This document shows positions 58,879 to 64,000 of a stretch of 64,000 nucleotides of DNA, in pieces. Within the stretch, counting starts at the first letter, position 1. The number at the start of each line of letters is the position of its first letter. Source of the DNA: Candidatus Oxydemutatoraceae bacterium. GTDB lineage: Bacteria > Pseudomonadota > Gammaproteobacteria > Poriferisulfidales > Oxydemutatoraceae. Under the pieces are notes generated by a model that was not told the origin of the DNA, ran no database searches, and saw nothing but the letters and a program-made list of their open reading frames with translations. Location: positions 928,001-992,000 of the forward strand of contig OZ244717.1 in assembly GCA_965218975.1 (NCBI GenBank), given 5' to 3'. A program made the position numbers and the translations under genes.

Positions 58879-58886
58879 CGAGTTTT

Positions 58887-58919
58887 CTTAGAAAAATATA
58901 AAGCGAGGTTTTTTCTAAG
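58887..58919. promoter_or_regulatory. 10-bp inverted repeat between the giant gene and kdkA (weak terminator or operator)
   Basis: CTTAGAAAAA (58887-58896), a 13-nt spacer, then TTTTTCTAAG (58910-58919). The stem is AT-rich and lacks a classical U-tail. Confidence 0.3.
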
Positions 58920-58930
58920 CGCTATATACA

Positions 58931-59650
58931 ATGCCCGGCAAGATTATTCGGAAAAACCATACGCATGTTTTATATGCCCCTGATGTTCTTAAACACATTG
59001 ATGTTATAGATTGGTTTGAATCGGCGGCGGCAACCGAAGCTTCTATTGATCTTCCGGATATCGCAAGCGGTCGCGTAGCGGTGCGTTTTTTCCATTTATA
59101 CGGAATAGAGCTTGTGTTAAAACAATATATCCGCGGCGGTTTCATTACACATTTTTCGCATAATCATTACTTATATCTCGGCGAATGGGCGGTACGTTCG
59201 TTTTCGGAATGGTATTTGCTTGATAGTTTATTTCGCCGGAAATTACCGGTACCGCGTCCGGTAGCGGCGCGCTATCGGCGCGAGGGGCGGGTTTACACTG
59301 CGGAACTCATTACCGTCAGTTGTCGTCCCGCAAAGCCTCTTTCTAGATTACTGACTCAACGAAGTTTAGCGGTAGAAGAATGGTTGCTAATCGGTAGCAC
59401 AATTAAGTCTTTCCATCGGGCGGGAGTTTATCACGCCGATTTGAATGCGCATAATATCCTTCTTAATACGAACAAGCAGTGCTTCCTGATTGATTTTGAC
59501 CGTGGCGCTCGACGTAGGATGGCGCATTATTGGCACATCCAAATGTTGAATCGTCTGCATCAGTCTCTACGAAAACTAAACCGGACAGTTAAAGGTTTTC
59601 ACTTCGGCACAAAAGATTGGAAAAACTTAATGCGGGGGTATATCCAATGA
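58931..59650 (+). CDS. kdkA: 3-deoxy-D-manno-octulosonic acid (Kdo) kinase
   Basis: Motifs VLKQYIRGG, LPVPRPVAARY, YHADLNAHNILL and LIDFDRG; 239 aa; adjacent to waaA. Confidence 0.9.
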   Translation: MPGKIIRKNHTHVLYAPDVLKHIDVIDWFESAAATEASIDLPDIASGRVAVRFFHLYGIELVLKQYIRGGFITHFSHNHYLYLGEWAVRSFSEWYLLDSLFRRKLPVPRPVAARYRREGRVYTAELITVSCRPAKPLSRLLTQRSLAVEEWLLIGSTIKSFHRAGVYHADLNAHNILLNTNKQCFLIDFDRGARRRMAHYWHIQMLNRLHQSLRKLNRTVKGFHFGTKDWKNLMRGYIQ

Positions 59651-59654
59651 AACG

Positions 59655-60899
59655 TTATCGTATACGATCCGAGAGTACGGCAAGGTATCTCTTCAATATA
59701 TCACGGCGCTCCCGCAAATGCCGTATGGCATTGTCTGCCATAGTCCGATAGCGTTGAGGACCTGAGCAATAATTTTTCAGAGCTTGGGTGAGCGCGATTT
59801 GATCGGCAACGATTTCAATGCCGTCGTTTTCTTTGAGTGCCTGAACTTCCGCAGAAAAATTTTGCGTGAACTGTCCGGTGATTTGCGGGACCCCTAAAGT
59901 TGCTGGTTCCAAAACGTTGTGTCCGCCAACTTTAACTAAGGACCCTCCGGTAAAGACGAGTTTTGCGTATGCGATCCATTGCGGTAATTCACCGATAGTA
60001 TTGACGATATAGATTTTAGTATCTTTATGCAGGTTTACCGGTCCGCTGCGCAGCTGTAGTCCGATATGCTTGGCTTTGCGTAATCGGCGCAAAATCATTT
60101 TGCCGCGTTCAGGATGGCGCGGCACGATAACAAGCAGTTGCGGCATACGCGCTTTCCGCCAAGCTTCCGCGATTTGCAGTTCTTCATCTCCGTGGGTTGA
60201 AGCGGCAAGGATATAATCACATGTCAGCAAAGGTTTCTGTCGTTGCGGGTACTTTGCCGCATACTTAAGATTGCCGATGATACTGATTTTCTTCGGATCG
60301 GCGCCTAACGCACGGTAAGCGCCCGCATCGGTCTGCGTGCGAGTATAAATATGTGCAACTCCGGAAAGACTTTTTCGATAATAGCTTGTCAGCCAATGCC
60401 GATGTGTCAGAGTCTTTTCGGAAAGCCGCGCATTCAGTAAAAAAATCGGTATTTCCATCTTTCGGCATTCGTTAAATAAATTAAACCATAGTTCTGTTTC
60501 CATAATTAACGCGCAGCGTGGGCGCAGCGCTGTGAGGAAGCGGCGGCAGCCGCTCGGATAATCAAGCGGCAGATAGCAATGGCGGATATTATCGACCGCT
60601 TGTTTCTTTATCAAGCGGCTCGCAGTCGGTGTGTTGCTGGTAATGATGATAGAGTCGTTCGGATGATGTTCGAGCCACGCGTGAATAAGCGGTAGTGCGG
60701 TATTAGTTTCACCCACCGAGGCGCAATGAAACCATAGCGGGCGGCTTGCGCTCCTTCTTGAGCGATGAAAATAAGCAAAGCGTTGCAGAAAATAACGTAC
60801 GCAACGATAACGCCATGCCACAGTGGCCGTATAGACTGTGATAACCGGAAATATCACCCACAACAATAATCGGTAAGCGCCGATAGAAGGGCGGAACAT
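59655..60899 (-). CDS. waaA: Kdo transferase (glycosyltransferase family GT30)
   Basis: Motifs LWFHCASVGE, YLPLD, METELWFN, NARLS, GNLKY, AASTHGDEE, IVPRHPER and GGSLVKVGGHNVLEPA. Confidence 0.96.
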   Translation of the reverse strand: MFRPSIGAYRLLLWVIFPVITVYTATVAWRYRCVRYFLQRFAYFHRSRRSASRPLWFHCASVGETNTALPLIHAWLEHHPNDSIIITSNTPTASRLIKKQAVDNIRHCYLPLDYPSGCRRFLTALRPRCALIMETELWFNLFNECRKMEIPIFLLNARLSEKTLTHRHWLTSYYRKSLSGVAHIYTRTQTDAGAYRALGADPKKISIIGNLKYAAKYPQRQKPLLTCDYILAASTHGDEELQIAEAWRKARMPQLLVIVPRHPERGKMILRRLRKAKHIGLQLRSGPVNLHKDTKIYIVNTIGELPQWIAYAKLVFTGGSLVKVGGHNVLEPATLGVPQITGQFTQNFSAEVQALKENDGIEIVADQIALTQALKNYCSGPQRYRTMADNAIRHLRERRDILKRYLAVLSDRIR

Positions 60900-62314
60900 C
60901 AGGGATTTTTTGTCAGCCAGCTATTGATTCGGTTTACGTCTGCCGCGGCGAGTGCACCGACAATCCTCTTTAAGCGCAGCATATTCAAAATGTAGGTATG
61001 TCTTGATTCGGCGTAGTCATATTCGGCTCTGAACAAGTCACTGAGAGCGAGTAGTACGTCAGTTGAGGTACGCGTACCGACGTCAAATCCGGCTTGGGTA
61101 GCGGCGACGGCGGTTTGGGCGGATCGAATGGCTTGCGCCAGCGCTTGGGTACGATTAATTGCGGTAACTATGTTCAAATAGGCTTCGCGTGCAGAAGTAG
61201 TTATTTCGCGTTTCATTTTTTGCAGTTCATGCACTTCTTGTTGATGCCTTCTTGTCGCTTGTTTAGTCTGGTAGTAGGTTCTTCCGCCGCTAAGCAGAGG
61301 AATACTCAACTCAAACCCGACTTGCTCGTCTTCATAATCGCGTGGTGCCGGTCCGCCCAATGTATCCTCCGTATTATGTGATGCCACCAGATTTACTATC
61401 GGCAGATGTCCCGAACGTTGCCGGCGAATTTCCTGACGTGCGATATTTACGCGGATATTCTTTGCCAGTAAATCAAGGTTTCCCATCAGCGCTTTTTCAA
61501 CCCATTGGTCTATGTCCTCAGGTATCGGAGGATAAATTGTCAGATTGTCGCCAACCTGCATGAGCTTATATACATCGACATTAACGATGGTCGTTATCGC
61601 ATACAGCGCATTGCGTAAATTGTTTACGGCGGCGATTTCGTTAGCAACGGCAATGTCGTAGGCTGCTTGTGTTTCTCTCACATCGGCGATGGGCACTAGC
61701 CCGACATTGAACCGTTCTTTTGATTGTTTGTGTTGACGGGCGTAAGCTTCTTTTTCCGAGCGTGCGAATTTTAGCGAGCTTTCCGATGAAAGCGCCTTGA
61801 AATAGGCTTCGGAAAGCCGCAGAATTAAGCCTTGTTGCGCACTTTGATATTCTAGTTGCGCCGCTTCCGTTTCCGATTCGGATTGTGAAAAAGCAATGAA
61901 CCGATCCATATTGAATAATGTCTGACTTAAATCCAGACGCAAATCGTGAGTGTTATAGTTGTCAAATTTCCCGGAACTATTTTCGTCACTTCTGCCACCG
62001 TTCACGGAAGGCATTCCTTGAAAAAAATCTCCGCGGATTCTTTGCCTGATGATTCGGTTGCGTGAAATTCTTAAGTTGATCTGAGGCAGTAGATCGGAAC
62101 GTGCGACCGAACGTCCGATCCGCACTGCGTTAAATGCTTCCTTTGCGGCTTGTAGTTGTTGATCGCTATCTAGCGCGATGTTATAAAGACTAGATAGATT
62201 ATGTGCCGGTCCGCTTTGGGCCTGCACCGAATGACATAATGCAATGCCAAAGATAAATAATGCGACGGCAAGCCGGTCCTTCACATGGGCGGTTAGACGT
62301 AAGGGGAGATTCAT
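60899..62314 (-). CDS. tolC: TolC-family outer-membrane channel
   Basis: Signal peptide, ARSDLLPQINL, RFNVGL, RSGHLP, FELSIPLLSGG and GFDVGTRTSTDVL. The stop codon overlaps the waaA start (TGATG). Confidence 0.93.
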   Translation of the reverse strand: MNLPLRLTAHVKDRLAVALFIFGIALCHSVQAQSGPAHNLSSLYNIALDSDQQLQAAKEAFNAVRIGRSVARSDLLPQINLRISRNRIIRQRIRGDFFQGMPSVNGGRSDENSSGKFDNYNTHDLRLDLSQTLFNMDRFIAFSQSESETEAAQLEYQSAQQGLILRLSEAYFKALSSESSLKFARSEKEAYARQHKQSKERFNVGLVPIADVRETQAAYDIAVANEIAAVNNLRNALYAITTIVNVDVYKLMQVGDNLTIYPPIPEDIDQWVEKALMGNLDLLAKNIRVNIARQEIRRQRSGHLPIVNLVASHNTEDTLGGPAPRDYEDEQVGFELSIPLLSGGRTYYQTKQATRRHQQEVHELQKMKREITTSAREAYLNIVTAINRTQALAQAIRSAQTAVAATQAGFDVGTRTSTDVLLALSDLFRAEYDYAESRHTYILNMLRLKRIVGALAAADVNRINSWLTKNP

Positions 62315-62630
62315 TGCCGAACATTGTAGCGGATTATGTCGAGTATGACACTATACATATACATATACCGTATGGAGCCGGCACATATATACACTTTATG
62401 TCGGCGCAACATATAAGCTATTATCTTACATGGAAGGAAACATTATGACCGCAGCAAACTTTGCCATGAGCCCGGTAATGGTGTAAACGGATCATTTGAA
62501 AATAAGCACTTCGGTAAACCATGCGTTTTGAAGTGCCGGATGAGGAAATCCTCTTTGAAAACGGGAGCGGGAATATGTATTGAGAAGTTGAAATTTATAA
62601 AATCGCACTGAGTCGATTGTTTCTTTAAGT

Positions 62631-62957
62631 TTAGAGTGAAAGCGTTCCTATGGTTTTATTCCATGCATTGATTCCACCGTGCAAGTTGATTACGTTGCCA
62701 AACCCCGCTTGTTCCAGAAATGTGCCGGCGATACGGCTACGTATTCCGTGCAAGCAAATCAACACCGTTGGTCTGCTCGGGTCAAGCTCTTGATAGCGGC
62801 TCGATATTTGCGCAACGGGAATTAACGTTGATCCCGATAAATGCCCGGAATCAAATTCCCATTGCTCCCGAACATCAACTAATTGTGGGTTTTCATCACA
62901 GGTTTCTAGGTAGTGTCTCAATTCGGACGGAGAGAGTTCATTCATGTTTATAAGCAT
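62631..62957 (-). CDS. Single-domain rhodanese / sulfurtransferase
   Basis: LVDVREQWEF..GHL, active-site ICLHGIRS and NLHGGINAW. The true start may be the Met at 62945. Confidence 0.9.
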   Translation of the reverse strand: MLINMNELSPSELRHYLETCDENPQLVDVREQWEFDSGHLSGSTLIPVAQISSRYQELDPSRPTVLICLHGIRSRIAGTFLEQAGFGNVINLHGGINAWNKTIGTLSL

Positions 62958-62966
62958 GTATAATAA

Positions 62967-64000
<1,034 letters not shown>

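Noticed and set aside
60899-62314. TolC as a dedicated type I exporter for the giant protein
   Set aside because: No ABC or membrane-fusion partner genes and no RTX motifs are present. The protein has a Sec signal and GlyGly-CTERM, and tolC sits in a housekeeping thiC/waaA context.
60265-62953. Small ORFs overlapping waaA, tolC and the rhodanese gene
   Set aside because: They are alternative-frame or antisense to well-supported genes and have no recognisable motifs.

Overview
About 92% of the window is one intact 19,547-aa ORF (235..58878, +) encoding a giant acidic surface protein. It has a Sec-type signal peptide, a unique ~560-aa N-terminal region, a ~55-kb array of Ig-like repeats (about 55 cadherin-like domains by manual count, many Calx-beta-like domains and 5 fibronectin-III domains), a unique C-terminal region and a GlyGly-CTERM (rhombosortase) anchor. 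Just upstream, a gene ends in a dockerin-like double Ca-binding loop. Downstream are gammaproteobacterial housekeeping genes: kdkA (+), waaA and tolC (-), a rhodanese (-) and a partial thiC (+, missing from the ORF track). The most notable signal lies inside the giant gene. Near-identical repeat frameworks carry short AT-rich hypervariable segments whose differences are almost all non-synonymous and are shuffled between copies as mosaics, resembling an antibody-like repertoire displayed along a single polypeptide. A possible cohesin-dockerin pairing with the upstream gene is a second lead. Domain names come from motif recognition only; no searches were run.
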